A DNA stretch of 58,345 nt, from contig NOWV01000302.1 in assembly GCA_003344405.1 (NCBI GenBank), forward strand, positions 1 to 58,345. The letters are read 5' to 3'. Source of the DNA: Trichoplax sp. H2. Taxonomy: Eukaryota. Position numbers and translations under genes: made by a program. Within the stretch, counting starts at the first letter, position 1. Every line of letters starts with the position of its first letter. Under the pieces are notes generated by a model. That model searched no databases. It worked only from the letters and a program-made list of their open reading frames with translations, and had not been told where the DNA came from. Positions 18,001 to 30,900 of this stretch are shown here, piece by piece.

Positions 18001-21000
18001 TAACATTAAAATCAGAAGAAGGCGATGATAATATCACTGCATCCTCATACAAACTAGAGATAATGTTATTATTAGAATCAGTAGAAGTCGATGATTCTAA
18101 TTTATTGACAGTAGATGCTAAAATGTTACTGTTACTAGATAAAGTAATTGATAGTGATAAAGAAGCTATCTCGCTGGTTTCTATGTTGACTTGCGAAGTA
18201 GTCAAAGTTAAAGCATATACTTCCGTAGCAGAAGCATCTTTGCTTTCTACGCTTGTGCTAGTGACAGGCAGAGGAGATGAAAAAATGTTGGTATTACTGG
18301 ATAAAGTAATTGATGGCGATGAAGAATCTATCTTGCTGGTTCCAACGTCAACTTGTGAAGTAATCGAATATAAAGGATTTAATTCCGTAGTAGGAGGATC
18401 AGTGTTTTCTACACTTATGCTAACAACGGGTATAGAAGATAAAGAAACTTCCTCTGCTGACTTCTGACATATGTACCTGTGCAGATAGCTACAATTTTTA
18501 TTTCGCCAATAAGAATGAAATCCATTGACTTTAATAATAAATACACATCTATCTGGTCCATCCACTGGATTGCTGTTAGCCCAAAACTGCGGGCCATGTA
18601 TCACACTCTGACCAGTAGCCAACCACCGATAATCCGAGGTTAAGTTATCTCCATATCGCTTTTCTAATCCAATCCAGTAAGGTTTATGTTTTAGGAGTAA
18701 GTTATACAAGGCGTTATGGATTATAACAGAATCATCAACCGCTAAATCGCCAGACATTTGTTGACAAGAACTACGGGCAATACCGTAGGTTGTCCTTATC
18801 TCAAAGGATTTAAAACAACGATTACTTATTTTTGTCCATCCAGGCGTACATACCTCTATTAATTAAATTGAAAATTGACCATTAGCTAAATAATCTACTA
18901 CGCTCTAGCGCATTTTTGTTCTTTGCTATAGATCTATTGGACTGAAATAGTTCTCGATATAAATCTAAGGTATCTAAGATGACAATAATGCTAAGTTCCA
19001 TCTTAGGAGTATAACACTTGTAAACAGCTTTTTACGTTGGAGTCTTCGCCTACTGTTTATCTTTAAGATTGAATGTAAGTAGTTACTTAGTTTGATATCT
19101 GTTTTTGACTTCAAGTAATCTCATAAATAAACGGTATGGCTCAATTTGCGAACTGAAAAACTAGGCGATATACGGAGATACACTGCTTTCGATCATGAAC
19201 TGTAACTATGTATTGGGGATTCAGAATACAGTCCTACAAGACGTACAATGGTCTCTTAAATTTAAATAAGGTAATCATCATCTACCATGACTACAAGTAA
19301 TTCAACGGAATCTAAATTTAGGTTTAACTGCTATCGATTCAAACATGCTTTTAAGTATTACTTAAATTGGGTCATCTTACGTAACAGAATGTAATGTATA
19401 ATTATTTCGTTCTTTAACGTACTGGTAATCCAATCCTAAAGTAGATTACTCTCGAATATAAACGGTCATTAGCATTGATTTGACAGTAAATGCCATTTCA
19501 TGATCAAAATCACGGAAATGTTAATAAATGTCTATCACTATTGACATCTATTTTAATTAGTATGAGTAAAAGCTGATTTTTATAGCCACCCTAAGACCGC
19601 GTACGGTCATCAACTTGATTCATTGATATTTATAATGATTATCGTTATCTCCTTGATTAGATTAATAGCTATTACTACACTGAGATAATTAGAAATCATA
19701 CATAATCAAACTGATTAGATTTTTCAGAATATTTGATGTAGTATTTCAAGTATTTTAACATTTTTTAAGAATAATATTACTAACCTTGACCATTCATAGC
19801 GGTCGAATTTAAAATAGTTAATATTAGACACAGAATCTGAAATGAATAAAAAAGTCATCATGAATTTCCCTCATAGAAAAATTGCTACCAATTATAATTA
19901 TTAATTATGCAGTCTACATACTTAATATTATTAATAGATTTGAAATCGGATAGCATGGATATTAAGGAACTGATTTAAAAACTAATCACAGTAATCAGAT
20001 TCATGTTAAAGTAAACTAATCGGTTGGAAATTGTGCAATTTTAAGATAGAGGGAATATTTTACTTCGTTGATCATCGAGTTTTTGTTGGTTAGGATTACG
20101 TAAAATTAGTTGAAAAAAGTTAATATAATTATTACCGTCAAAGTGTCAATTGTCATTATTTCATCTATGAACATCTATGATTTCATTAAGGCTCTATTTA
20201 GATAAAATTTATTTACTATTTTTGCATTCTACTGTAAAATAATGTTTGTCAGCATGTAGATAACAGTAGTTACATCAAAATATCACTAAACGAATAAAAA
20301 CTGAGAATTATGTAAAGGCATAACGGCTAAACACACATAACATATAAAACTAAATTCCTTGTCAGACTTCAAAATTAAATATTATTCAATTGGAAAATAC
20401 TTTTTAATTAGAATACTAATTATCAATCTAAGTACTGTCACGACAGGTATAAAATCAATCGGTATAAAATATTTATATACACATCATAGATTCTTTGTGT
20501 GGAAAATATCTGAATAGAACTCAATTTTACAAGTACAGGTTATAGTATTTTTTGATGAAAAGCATCAAAATTTAGGAGTAACTGAAATTGATGCGATTTC
20601 CATAGATCAGTCTATATCTACGATGCATTCTACTTCATTTCCAACATTCTAATGAGTTATCGCCATCAATTACGACCGAGGATATTATCAGAATTAGCAG
20701 CCATTACATATGCGATAACTTGCATATGAGTTTAACATATACATACTCGTTTACATATTATACATACTTTCAATAAAAGCGGTCCAAGTTGATGTAAGAG
20801 TAAATGGATATTTAAATATTATTCTGATTATTTCTGTAGTATATGGTGTAAACTGCTTGATATGAGTTACCGAAAATAACATCCATCAATAATGACCTTG
20901 CATAGTAGCATAAACATACAGAACAATAATCTATCAACGCGCACACTTTATGACATTGAATTATATCAGAGTGAAAGAAGTAGATAGCAACAAATAATAT

Positions 21001-21109
21001 TATATTAGCATTCGCGATCAGTCTATCCTTTCTCAAGCTTTAAAAAAAGATACAATATCATATGAAGCAATATAACTATAATTACCAAAATAATTTTAGC
21101 CAGGTCCAT
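9068..21109 (-). CDS. Adhesion GPCR paralog A: signal peptide + C-type lectin-like domain + Ser/Thr stalk + GAIN/GPS + 7TM (about 24 exons, roughly 1200 aa)
   Basis: Exon 1 21109-21086 (MDLAKIIL); exon 2 19836-19785 (ILCLILTILNSTAMNGQ); CTLD+stalk exon 18855-17209 (CTPGWTKISNRCF...YWIGL...WRNKNCSYLHRYICQK); 17132-16905; GAIN exons at about 14.9-13.2 kb; GPS exon 12924-12819 (WSEYG...VHCATSHFTSFAVIMQ); TM exons at about 12.68-10.13 kb (FIHLNL, LHFFYLASLTWMMMEAL, CWI..MWFFVGP, LFGVSWLFG, LNCPQGLLIFYFHC); tail exons; microexon 9365-9347; last exon 9140-9068. Splice phases are mutually consistent. Confidence 0.93.
15590..16138 (+). repeat. Dispersed repeat family R1, copy 1 (about 550 bp; intron of A)
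   Basis: Shares GACTATATACAGTA, CATATTGGATTAATGATGG and GATTGTAGCTGCGAA blocks with the other R1 copies. Boundaries are approximate. Confidence 0.85.
18116..18439 (-). repeat. Diverged 162-bp (54-aa) tandem repeat in the stalk of A
   Basis: ...TSQVDVGTSKIDSSSPSITLSSNTNIFSS / ...TSQVNIETSEIASLSLSITLSSNSNILAS; GATAAAGTAATTGAT recurs at a 162-nt offset. Confidence 0.85.
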
Positions 21110-21275
21110 CAGCCAGAGTAGAAATGAAATTGTTACGATAGCAGATGCGTATGTAAAGACAGCAACGATATACACTTATGAGAATAACACATTAACTCAC
21201 TCACAACTAAATAAAATTTACAATGTTCTAAAGTAATTAGTGATGTTACTTTTATTTCAATTACTAATTGTTTCT
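21110..21275 (-). promoter_or_regulatory. Conserved 5' UTR / proximal promoter block of A (paralogous to about 39993-40155 in B, weaker at about 56309-56370 in C)
   Basis: Non-coding blocks TAGAAATGAA.TTGTT, AACGATA.ACACTTAT, TTACAATGT and TTT.TTTCAATT are shared immediately upstream of the ATGs of A and B. Confidence 0.5.
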
Positions 21276-23943
21276 TTCGTATCTGCTGCACCAGTGGTAA
21301 TGCTATATTGAATTAATATTTATCTTAAAATACGGAAATTGACCAAGTCTATGCACAATATATTAAAAACACAATAAATGTCTGGAAAATTACATAACAT
21401 AGCTCTCCAAGAAATGCTAGTTCATGTCTTTATAGAAGCTGAGAGAACTATTATGAAGGAAATAAATGTTCGTGTTATGCGTTAATGTTATAAACTAAGA
21501 TTATTATGTAAATTATCACCTGCGTCAAAATAATAATTGGAATTTTTTTTTTAATTGTCTTGATATATTTGATACAATGTAGATAAACAGTAATTATTAA
21601 CGTATTGTATATTGTTACTATTAGTTTTCACAAAATTACTTTTTCCTCTGTATATTTACTACCTTACTATCGATCTTTCATATCAACTGATGTGCCCTCT
21701 GCTGTACATATTGTAGATTTAAATTTTGTGATAGCGCATAATTTTAATGAAATAAAATCAAATGTATTTCTCATTATAAGTCTTTATCGTTTTTGGTGTG
21801 TTCTAAAGTACCAGTATACACTGCTAGTAAGGATAAATGAACATCTGATGATATGATCCGTTTAGTCTATATAAGAAGATACTATGCGGTTCTGTTTCTC
21901 TCTATTAGAAAAGCCGGTAAGAATAATCTCATTATACGTTAAACCTACTGCAAAAATGGAAATTATACGTCAGAACACCACAGAATAGTAACGCAGTTGA
22001 TATCCAACATATTTAATGAGCAAAAATTAAGACTAAATTTAGAACCAAATTCGTAAGTGATTACAATATATAGCATCAATTACATCAATTAGAATATAAA
22101 GCTAACAATAGTAGATGAAAAAGAAAAGCTACGATGAACAGTAAAACAATTACAGTTAATCAGATCAAGTTTGAATATAATCATTATATGGAAACTTTTG
22201 CACTCAACATAATACGATAGTAATTTCTGTACCCATTATCGATTCAATATTCTAATGACCATTTTAAAGCGAAACAATTTGGTAATCCTACTGGTGAATT
22301 CAACTATCTAGCTTTCCAGTGCGATTTCTGATTCAATACAGTAGGATTTCAGTATTTAAGGTAACAAGTAGATCCAATTTTAGAGGTCATATTACTATTT
22401 AATTAACCAATTAATCAAGATAACAACATCAAGAACATAGACAGATCATGATAAGCATGTTAATTTTGGTCAGTAAAAATTGCTATTCGTTTAATCGACA
22501 CAATATTATTTAATTTTCTGCAGTTCTTTGTGTCTGTTTAATGTTGGTTTGTTTATTGTCTAATAATTCACTAGCGAAGTGATTATTAGTCGTCAGACAT
22601 AGTATGAATTGATTTTACTACTGGATTAACTTTGATTTAAATTAAATTTATGCATAGGTTAATTAACCGATATTCCATAGATAATTATAATCGTATGATG
22701 TAAACCAACCAACAAATAATCATCATTTGACTAGTTTTAACTGATGTAAGCGGACTGTTTTGCGATCTCAATTACTGTAGGATTGTATAATTTCAGTCTA
22801 TAATTTATGCGATAGAATATATATGATACCATTTTTAAAATAAAATTGCTTTGTAAATGCTTCCTGTGACCTTACCGTATATATGCGAATTTTACTCACT
22901 ATACAATCCATCTTGGTTAATTAATTAACAAAAGATTGATGACATGTGTGCACACAGTCTCACTGTATTTAAATAAGAAACAATGAAAAAATATGACTAA
23001 TGAGCCAATTTAGCATATCAAATATTCAATTCCGAATATAGATTTATAAACACTATCTAGATTCTCAATGAGTTGAGCTAGCAGAAATGGATATAATTAG
23101 CAGTTAGTAAGAGTATAGGATTATATAATACTGTGTAAAACATATCGAGTATCAAAACAGTGCAGCAACTATCTACTGATTTCGCGAATATCTCCTTGAA
23201 AACCGCGAACGATTCCATATAACTGTTAAAATTTGTAGTCCCTACAGAGGATATGGTAATCATTTCACTTCTTGTATGAAGAAAATTTTTTGAATAAAAT
23301 TGTCTAAGCGGAAATTGATAATACTGTACGTATTTCAAAATATTTCTTAACGCTAATCTACGCTTCAATTTAACTCTCGGGATCATTTGTAACCTATGAC
23401 ATGTGGTATGTCATAGTAGAGATTTTGACTTTTCTATATATTGATAATTCATGCTTATTAGGTTCTAATATAATAGGGTACAGTGTATATGCCGTATCTT
23501 TTCGGCTAAAATCATCTATAAAAGCAAAGAATGACACAAATGTTATTTGTGCATATAATTTAATTTATAGTTGAAATAAAGGAATCTGATAGCCGTACTG
23601 GCCAGGTAAATTGATAACGCATTACCACACCTGAGAATATAATTTTCATCTGTAACAATTTCAATTAGCATTGCGAAGTAAATGGTTCAATTCTTTATAC
23701 TTATGCGTATGCCTACTCATACCTCTTGTACCGCAAATAAGCAAAGCCACTACATGTTATAAAATACACTTTCTAGCAATAGACAATAGTTATTTAGAAA
23801 ATAACGTTGAAATTGAAGTTTACTATTCAGGATTAAAGCCTTATAATGGTCCCAAGTTGTTATTACGTCTTCAAGTAACATGAAAATAACATTAGTTAAT
23901 GATGATAATATGCACTTCTTTCATAGTTGGCTGACGTAATTGA

Positions 23944-26900
23944 TTAATCGTAAGTCGAAGCTAAGGTAGAACCACTATTTTGGAGATGAATAAGTTATTT
24001 AAAGTAATGATAGACGTATTTTAAGAAAAATGTTGACAAATCAGCCATAATTATCAGGGTAACGGGGTAAGTATCAAATAAACGCTGATAGTATGTAGAA
24101 AGCATTATGCAACTAATTCATATAGTCCTAGAAAACTTCAACATATGCTATACAATTGATCTTACGGTACTAACCAAATAGCTGCTCTAACAAACTCGTT
24201 TGATGAATGCAGTTCTGATCCATGCATTAGTTTGGATTGAGAAAGGAAAAATATGATTTAATAAATTATTTGCAAGGGTCACTCATAAATTATGAAGTCA
24301 CCAAATATTCGAGGTATTTATTGACGAATATTATAAAGCAGTAATTGATGCCACTATAAAGCTATTATTTTAAAGCATTAATAAACTATTCTCAATGGAA
24401 TGAGTATAACTAATTGAGATTATGTGGTATCTTTTTAAATTGATCGTATCTTGTGGAATATCTCCATTGTCGTACAGCAAATTCTCCAAAGAAGCTAAAA
24501 TAAGTTGTATTTTAATACAACGAGTTGAATGCATATTTTCATTCTATGCATAAATTCATAGAATGGATAAATAGTTCAAATTATGTGCATGAAATCTTAC
24601 GTAAAGTTGCTGTATGCTATACTTTGATAATAGCTTCTAGGTTTAAATTATTTAATATAAAATATCAATGATTCAATAGTCCTACAAATATTTAATTACA
24701 AATTTGAAACTGTATATAAAGCCAGCTATCTTAGAAACCTATAATACATGGGAATGGCAAATAGTACTCGTATATCTCTGCTAGGTTCTCCTTCAGATTA
24801 GTTTTGAAGTATCATAGTACTGAATTTCAATCTTTCTTGACTGTAGCCTTACACCTTAAATCAGTTAAATTAGATGTGATATAAATTGATGTTGCTAACA
24901 ACCATCTATGTATATTGCTATAGTAGATATCGCAATATGATTATTTAGCACGATTACACTCAGTATGTTGCTAAGTTATTAATGAATACTTTTGAAGCTT
25001 AATATATTTTTCCGTGTAATAATAATTCTAAAATCAGTCATCGAAAACTCACATCGCGATCTCGAAAGTAGTGAACGTAAAAAATTAACAAGCTCTTTAT
25101 ATGAAAACAACCCAAAATATTATCATTAGTGTCAACCAAATATTATAGAACCTGATACCCTTCCTTTTGGATAAGCTAGAAATAAAATTACACTTGATAC
25201 AGTATCGGAATGAAAATTTGCCAGTGGGTAATTCAATAATGTAAACATATAAGCAAAGGCGATATTATCTGTCGTGTGCTATACGATACCAATTAGCCAA
25301 GATATACCAAAAAGAAAAATTAATGAAGTAACAGCTCTGATTTCAACTTTGCAAGAGAAGAATATACTTTGATTAAATTATATGCTGAATGCTACTATGC
25401 TACACGCAAAGTGCTTTAATTGTCGTAATTGCGATAAAAATTGCGAAACTGTTCTAATTTAGTACTCTATCAATATCATGGATGTCTCGGCAATTGAATT
25501 GTAAAAACAATTCTTTACTATACTTGACCTATTGAATTTCAGATTTTGAGACCACAGCCGTAATAGAGAAAAAAGAATTTTATAGCAATAATCGTAACAC
25601 CAACGTTACACTAAGAAATTTCTTAGAGAAAGATATTAAAATATTACGAATAGCTAATGATATTATAATAAATTCAAGTTTATTTTTATACTATACTATT
25701 GAATTAGGTATTTAAAAGAATCAATTTTAATACCAATCTGATATTGGCACAGACTAAAGAATCATAAATGGTTACGAAAATACATTCTCTATACAAGAAT
25801 ATCTGAGTATTGATATCCTTTATCATAAATAGCGCAGTAATTACTCAAGAGAAGCATTCAATATTGATTAATTATTAGTTCAATAAAATGGCGCCGTACA
25901 GGGATATTTTAGTTATGATACGTAGATATTGTTGGGATATAGTAATTAATTATATTAGATCTGACTATCTATTCAATTTATTAGTCAGGAAATAGAAGTT
26001 ACCAACAAGTAACTAAACCATAACTAAATCAATAGGGATATCTTACCAACAAGTAACCAGATCAGTTTTCGCCAACTCTTTTCCTCGTACTTAGCTTTCA
26101 CAGCCTTAAATGTGTCTCTTTTATGTACTCATATTTAGTACAAGTTACCAAATTTAGATAATTATACTAAATCGGGAGTCATATCTAAATCTTGATATTA
26201 AATACTAAAACCTTGCTTTAAATAAGCAGCTTGTGTTACAACAGTAAGCGGTAATTTGCCGTTTGTATCTCATTAGTTAGTAATCCAACTCTTTTAAATC
26301 GTTTTATTACAATATACGTTAACCACAAATTTCTCTTTACACTGTAATAGAAGTCACTGCAGTGCTTTACAGGTGGCAAAGTCTAGGCTAATCATCGTTC
26401 AACAACCAAGCGACGAACGACCAAAATATGAAAATTGTATATTTTCAGCTGAATTCGCCAACTTCTAACGAACAAATACCGTTGTTCGTTCAGTTACAGT
26501 TTTGCATAGAAGGTACCACTTAGTCATTGCATTAGCAGTAAATATAATAACATGAATATAACAGAAATCATCAGATTTATCTTACCACAAAAATTAGAAA
26601 TGATTGGGCCAGCAAAATGCAATATTTGAGGACTTGCATTCTAATTCAACAACTTTCGCAATCATGGTTGTCATTGATAGCGGGTAACCGAAATAGAAAT
26701 ATATCACATACGCATATTCGTGTCTGGAACATACTATTTTGGGTTGCGATATGTATCTATTCCAATATACTCTGATATGGCAACGACTATTGCTAACGGT
26801 GCTAATTTGAAAAGCGTTTGAAAGCCCAATTGAAAATGTTGCATAAAGAATGGATTAAAATCGACAAAAAATTTGACATGGTTAACAATGACTGCTTAAT

Positions 26901-27600
26901 CTTAAAGGTTGTATTATTATTTCTTAATATAAACTTGAATGCAAATAACCATAATCTACTAGTTGTTGTTGCCATTACATCGCTATTAGAACCACTGTTG
27001 ACTGAAAAACTGGATAGTAAAGGCTGCCTATATATACTGAGACTCAAAAAACAACCGAGTTTGTAGAAGGCAAAAAAATGATCTATTAGCCACCGTTGTT
27101 CATTTACTGACTCTATAACTACTATGAATCAATAAACAAGTCAATAATGACTGATTAATTATCAGCAAGAGAACTGTTACCATTGCTTATGAGCGCACTT
27201 GCTGTCAAAGTAATACATAATAATTTAGCAGTTACTCCTGCTACTTGTAGCATTAGCGAGATTATAACTAACTTAAAATAGCTGTTGACGTTAGTATAGG
27301 AGATCCTATATTAGGAGAGATATCCAATCTGTTAGTAGAAGCTCCTGCTGAATGAATTAGGAAACTATAGTTACTTGCGGAGTCCTGTAAAGGAGTGAAA
27401 ACGCAACCCCGAACCCGATAAAACACGATCAAATTGTTGATTTTCTAACCCAAAAATGAGTGTAATCGCTATACAAATACTGTATTACCACAGGAATTCT
27501 TAACCCGAATCCACCCTCGAGTAAGGTTCAAGTCAGGTTTCGGGTTGACTTTGAAGGACCCTGGTAACTTGTAAGATGGTAGATGATGTCTTGCAAGTTG
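23944..27600 (-). pseudogene. Disabled, internally deleted copy (P) of the same adhesion GPCR
   Basis: TM4-TM7 and tail exons are recognisable but carry lesions: CW becomes C* (TGA 26648-26646), TAG 25281-25279, TAA 24851-24849, a frameshift near 25570 and a mutated TM6-exon acceptor. Degenerate stalk sequence (about 26950-27600) lies just upstream of TM4. No CTLD, GAIN or TM1-3 is visible. The 5' boundary is approximate. Confidence 0.88.
27378..27563. mobile_element. 186-bp hAT-like MITE inserted in the pseudogene stalk
   Basis: Imperfect terminal inverted repeats (CGGAGTCCT... / ...AGGACCCTG), an 8-bp flanking direct repeat GTTACTTG (27370-27377) / GTAACTTG (27564-27571), and AACCCG / CGGGTT subterminal motifs. 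Confidence 0.65.
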
Positions 27601-27711
27601 TATATAAAGTGAAATCTTTCTGTAATTTGTTAGTTCTTATCCTTTGTTAACATTATATTCCCAGCAAATTCAAATAAAAGCAATTACTATACGCGGACAC
27701 TTTCTTTGGAT

Positions 27712-27778
27712 TTAAACTTTATTACAACAGTCAATCTGCATGATATGACGAGCGCAAGCCGAAGCCAAGGCGGTAATG
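27712..27778 (-). other. Second (distal) copy of the terminal coding exon of paralog B
   Basis: ctag|C ATT ACC GCC TTG GCT TCG GCT TGC...GTT TAA. Same phase as, and similar N-terminal sequence to, exon 27989-27914 (ITALASAC versus VATLASTC). Confidence 0.6.
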
Positions 27779-27913
27779 CTAGCACATTCGCTGACAGTAT
27801 TGAATAATACACACGGGAATAATTTAAAAGTTAAATTTTTCTATCTAAAATTGCAATTATTTAGGACCAAATTTCAATATATTGCATAATATCTTCAAAA
27901 ATGAATATACTAT

Positions 27914-30900
27914 TCAAGGATCAACAGGAATTGTATTTTCAGTTAATCGGTATGGTCCATGATCGCAAGTCGAAGCCAAGGTGGCAACACTAATCCTAAA
28001 ATGATTAGGTAATCATCAGTATTGTTAGATACATACTTCAGAAAATTCTCAATGTTATTTATAACTCGTAACAATCGAAACTTAAAATGAATGTCATAAC
28101 TTAATGCAATTATTCTGCCGCCAAAAAATCAAAAAAAATGGCATAGCTACTTAAACTAACCTCTTTGATAGATATGTTCCTGATCAAGGTAATGATTCAA
28201 ACAATAGAATTAAAAAATATAATTTGATGAGTTAATTAAAACGAACACTTATAAATCCTGAAGTTACTAAATATTTCACAAGTGTTAATCAGCAATAATT
28301 CTACAGCATTCAGTAACAATTGCTACGCTCTTACTATTTTAAGACATTCATAGCTACTGTATACCTAAACGAATGAATAGAGCTAAATTAGATTACCTGT
28401 TATTTTATTAAGACTAATCGGATCTTGTGGAATAACTTCGCAGTCTTGAGATCCATTCTCTGAAGAAACTGGAAGTAAAGGTATTTTGATAACACGCCTA
28501 TAACGCGTGTTTTCATCCTATTTTAAATATTGCAAAAAAATGAATAGCTTGAAATCTTACATAGTACGAAAGCTTACGTGAGATTATACTACTTTTGGAT
28601 GCTGACTTTATTTTAAAGTAAATTAATCGAGATTAATCAATGCAAAATATTTCAGCATCTAAATTTTATTATACAATTAAAATTATGTCTTAACCAGCTA
28701 TCTTAAGATATTATACGAGAATAGCCATTTGTACCCGCGTATCTCTACTAGCTTCGCCCATAGATCGGGTTGGAAAAATCGAATTGACGAAATGAAACCT
28801 TGTCCGAATATAATCTTGCATCTGAAATCAATAGAGTTAATTCCGTAACCTAATAGCTTTAGCTATCATCAATTCACTGCTATAATAAGCACTCCTACTT
28901 ATCCGCCACTACTTAGTAATCTAGTTATAGTCGCAAAATACTGTATTAAAAGTTATTAATTCCATAGCTGAATCTAGGTATACAGTATGTACAATAGTAA
29001 CTAAAATTAATCTTTAAAACTTACATTATGATCTCGAAAGCAATGGAAGTAAAAGATTAACAACCCCTTCGTACAAAAGTAAGTCAAGATACTATCATTA
29101 GTGTCAAATTAATCTTTACCGTACCACACCAAATTGTCTTCTTCAAGGATAGAAGAGCTAGTAGCTAAATTAGAATTGATTTATTTCTCAAGAAACATGA
29201 TCACTTACCTGTGGGCAATTTAAAATCGTGAATAAGTAAGCAAATACGGTTTCACTGGTTGCATAGTACAAGATCCCAAACAGCCAAGATATACCAAAGA
29301 GGAAGATTAACGAAGCCACTGCTTTTATTCCAACTCTACAAGTGAAGGATAGGAGTATTTTGATTAAAATCATCATATTAGTTGTTAGCTCACTAAACTA
29401 TTAGTAAAATACTTTAATTGCAGTAAATAAAGCAACAATCATAGAATACAGTAAGAGATTTATTCCTCGTATATCTACTCTAAATTATAATTACAACTGC
29501 TTAATTCAGCACTATAACAGCATTGTAGATATCTAGCAATTGAATCAAGGAATAATTCTTTGCTGTACTTGAACTTTTGCATTTCAGATTTTCGGACCAT
29601 AGCCTTGATTGAGAAAAGCGATTTGATTGCCAAAGTCATAATGACAACGTTACACTAACAAAAGTTTCGTTAAGAAAGTAAAATTAAAACTCTGCTTAGC
29701 GAACAGAATATTACAATAAACCCAAGTTAGCATCTTGCAATGGTAATATTAAATGGGGCAACTACAAAATATCAATCCATTCACAATTCTAGTGTTTTGC
29801 GTAGATTAAGAAATCAAAACTATAGCCAAAGTAACATTATTCGTACAAGAATGATTGATCAGCGATACTCATTATCACACACACAAGCAGTGAATATTAA
29901 TCATCAAGCTAGACAAAGAATAGTTCTTCGACATTTCAATCATCTTATATAATAAGTGTTTAATATCTCACCATCATAATTAATATAACTGGACCAACAA
30001 AAAACCACATTTGAGCGCTTGTATTTCTAATCCAGCAACTATCACAATAAATGTTATTATGTCCAAGTTAATCGAACCAAACTGCATAATTTGCGGTATC
30101 TGATATTGGTATTTGAAACTTACTAATTTGGATTACGATATGAATCTATCCCCGTAGATGCAGATATGCCAACAATTATGGCAGGCAACACTAGTTTAAA
30201 AGCCATTGGATAGAATATGGAAAGATAATATATATATATAGAATAAGTAACATGAGCATTTGGAACAGTGAATGATACTTATTTGATAGCTAAGAGGGGA
30301 CAACTTCTAAAATAACTGTCTGTCAATGTTATGACCACACCTTAGTTAGTAAAAATATCCAAAAGCTAGAATATTGACTATTAATACTTAAACGATAGTA
30401 GTTGCGAACTCTTAAAAGAAAATGATGCAATTGAGTTCTAAGCACTTACTCCATCCTAAAACAAAGTATATTCGTCGAATTCCTAGGTCCACATTTTTTC
30501 GTATCTTAGAAATTTTTCGAAAAATAAGCAAAGATTCCATCATCATCCACGTTAAGCTAGCCAAATAGAGAAAGTGTAATCCAATGGCAATGATAGTACA
30601 TAGAATCTAAAAGAATATGAAAAATTATTATTTCATTCGTAATGATAGCAGCTTTGACGAATTAAATTGATCAGCTTTTGACTACTTAAGATAATAAATA
30701 TAACTTAATAAACGTCCAGAAGAGGTCATATTATTTGCATAGGTTATAGATTACCATGGAAAATATCTTTTAAATTCATTATAATAAATAGCCTTATCTG
30801 TAGTAGATGGGCTATATTAATCTCTTCAAATATATGTTATGCTATAAACATATTAATAATTGCCTACAGTAATAAATTGATTACTTGATGAATTAATCGG

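Noticed and set aside
17415..18467. Plus-strand ORFs of 140 and 173 aa (also 36419-36673 and 36938-37366)
   Set aside because: Antisense shadows of the Ser/Thr-rich stalk exons; no independent protein features.
19837..19960. ATGs just upstream of exon 2 as the start of gene A
   Set aside because: They are out of frame with the signal-peptide exon. A conserved exon 1 (MDLAxIIL|GTAATT) exists further upstream in A and B.
9068..21109. Assignment as polycystin-1-like or latrophilin, with a gene symbol
   Set aside because: A secretin-type 7TM follows the GPS directly (no PLAT domain or 11-TM region), and no rhamnose-lectin, olfactomedin or hormone-binding domain is seen. Orthology cannot be set without a phylogeny.
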